From: Lama glama
Taxonomy: Eukaryota
Reading direction: 5' to 3'
Assembly: GCA_028534125.1 (NCBI GenBank)
Contig: CM052827.1
Location: 60,884,001 to 60,948,000, forward strand
Length of the DNA stretch: 64,000 bases
Under the pieces are notes generated by a model. The model saw only the letters and a program-made list of their open reading frames with translations. It searched no databases and was not told the DNA's origin. The position numbers and the translations under genes were made by a program. This document shows, one piece after another, positions 63,770-64,000 of this stretch. The first letter of the stretch is position 1. Each line of letters starts with the position of its first letter.

Positions 63770-63890
63770 CATTATGATTCCCATTTTATAACCAAGAACG
63801 CTTAAATTTGGAAAAGCTAAGTAATGTGTCTCAAATCTGATCCAAAGCTGGTAAGCGGTGGAACTGAGAGTCAAATGCTCTGAATCAGGG
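63770..63890 (-). mobile_element. MIR fragment
   Basis: attatgattcccattttataaccaagaa...ctaagtaatgtgtctcaa...ggtaagcggtggaactgaga. Confidence 0.6.
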
Positions 63891-64000
63891 GCTGTAACCG
63901 CAGGCCCAGGGCATACCTGTCGGTGGTGATGTGTCCTGTGGGGTCTAAGCCTGCACGGACTGGAGTGACAACGAAGACTCAAGTTGGGGAGGAAGGAAGC

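Noticed and set aside
1-64000. Prokaryotic-type systems (CRISPR, operons, retrons, defence islands) or a nameable host gene
   Set aside because: The sequence is mammalian with no spaced direct-repeat array or long ORFs. The RT relics are dead ERV-L and L2 fragments, and no exon could be tied to a known gene.

Overview
Repeat-rich, gene-poor mammalian genomic DNA, very probably camelid (alpaca or camel): a tRNA-derived Vic-1-type SINE with a 10-bp target-site duplication (TSD) lies at 34073-34212, and the L1 3' ends are cetartiodactyl-type. I found no protein-coding exon, rRNA, true tRNA or CRISPR, so the window reads as intergenic DNA or a large intron; I cannot name the locus. The supplied ORFs are chance ORFs, repeat-derived, or run across N-gaps. 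Content: MIR, L2, old and younger L1 fragments, MaLR/ERVL/ERV1 LTRs (MLT1, MLT2, MER21-like, LTR78-like), hAT and Tigger MITEs, microsatellites and five assembly gaps, all inside repeats. Most notable: (1) a frameshifted ERV-L pol fossil on the minus strand with a readable YVDD motif and no recognisable flanking LTRs (about 61925-62725); (2) a three-level L1-in-L1-in-MER5A nest with a 17-bp TSD; (3) an AT-rich element of about 1.05 kb with imperfect 44-bp terminal inverted repeats that I cannot name; (4) a perfect 50-bp palindrome next to a strong CTCF motif; (5) several repeat-free, motif-dense candidate enhancers and one candidate non-coding exon. I do not see evidence for a new biological system. 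Repeat family names come from recalled consensus sequences, not a database search, and boundaries without a TSD or TIR are approximate.
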